NCBI GenBank assembly: GCA_043228905.1
Contig: JBHGNT010000002.1
Location: 1,240,001-1,304,000 of the forward strand
Source: Azolla caroliniana
Lineage: Eukaryota > Plantae > Polypodiophyta
Direction: 5' to 3'
Length of the DNA stretch: 64,000 nt
How positions within the stretch are numbered: position 1 is the first letter of the stretch; each line of letters starts with the position of its first letter. The notes under the pieces were generated by a model that worked only from the letters and a program-made list of their open reading frames with translations, ran no database searches and was not told the DNA's origin. This document shows, piece by piece, positions 62,978 through 64,000 of the stretch. The position numbers and the translations under genes are program-made.

Positions 62978-64000
62978 TTACTGCGATCCGGCATGTGACT
63001 TTGTGTCCACTTGACACACATCGGTATGCACCAACTCTGGCGGTGCATTCCGTCTCATCGGTGACCTTGACTGGAAAGAGGTTCGGTTTTGCTTGCCGGT
63101 CAAGCAATCGGTGCACTTATCAAGATGCACTTCTTTCACCTCCAGAATGAGGTTATCTTCGGCAAGCCTTCTCATCCCTTTCTGGCTCATATGGCATAGT
63201 CTCTTGTGCCACAGCTCACTGGCAGTGTCGGATGCTACATTCACTTCTTCCTGTCATATCTAGGCATGCATCAGGTACAATGTGTTGATCTTCCGGGCTC
63301 AAGCCACAATCAAGCTTCCCTTGCTAAACTTCATCATCTAGCCAACCGGCTGATATCAAGTTCAACCGAACCTCCGGAACGTGTCAGACATCTTTCAACA
63401 GCCACTTGCATCCGATTGATGTAGTCAACAACACATCTCCTATGCCGATGATTCGGCAGGTACCTTCATTCCCCATCCAGACACAACCGTGATCTTTGAC
63501 TGTGTAGAATGAGAAGCATCTTCATTCCAGTGTCAGGTGGAACGACGATCCGGAATTGACAACCCACGTTGTCTCGTCGCCGACAAGGTTTAACTCATTC
63601 TCCTTGGTGATGAGCAACAATTCTTCTTCACTTGTAGCGATTGTCGACATTCCCTTCTGATCCGAGCCTTTCCGATCAGAACCATTTCAGTTCAAACTCT
63701 TCTTCAAATAAGCACTTTCGCTTTCTTTCTCTCTTTGGAAATGCCGACAGTTTTTTTGGAAGTGCCCTGGCTTCCCACAATAGAAGAAAGTAGGCCTCAC
63801 CCTTGACTTCGACCTTCTCCCCAACTTTTCCCAGTTCTGGGGATTCCGGTTCCAGTTTCTCCCTCGTTGGGTGTCGGATTCGGAAATCAAGGCTTTTGAG
63901 TCGGAGATCACTTCCTTGTCTTTCCGATGCGCCTCTTCATCTAGCAAGTTAAACTTCACTCTTGCTAGGGATAGTTGCTTTACTTCCGGCCCGGCGTTGC
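62978..64000 (-). mobile_element. Ty1/copia (Tnt1-like) gag-protease-integrase fragment, continuing beyond the window
   Basis: FYCGKPGHFQKNC knuckle, TWVVNSGSSFHLT protease, LWHKRLCHMSQKGM and CTDCLTGKQ...ELVHTDVC. Confidence 0.8.

Overview
Eukaryotic, AT-rich, intron-rich land-plant DNA. A fern or other non-seed plant is my inference from the transposon types, not something the sequence proves. There are three host genes: a ~16-exon TBC/Rab-GAP gene (+, 1002-12438), a convergent ABCC4/14-type ABC transporter (-, 14612-21816) and a phytolongin (-, 43493-44913). The rest is largely transposons: an intact chromovirus (35456-41386, apparently identical LTRs, 5-bp TSD), a GC-rich tRNA-Trp-primed Ty3/gypsy element (47983-54964, 4-bp TSD) nested in a copia relic, further copia and LINE relics, and a hAT MITE. 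The most notable signal is in the chromovirus-type LTRs. They show Tf1-like self-priming (PBS complementary to the predicted transcript 5' end, co-varying between two families), heat-shock-element arrays and an antisense tRNA-like A/B-box module. Two rearranged derivatives break exactly at the self-primer. One is a 744-bp TSD-flanked fold-back insertion with U3 at both ends (59953-60696), which suggests a distinct class of palindromic integration products. All alignments and exon calls were made by eye.
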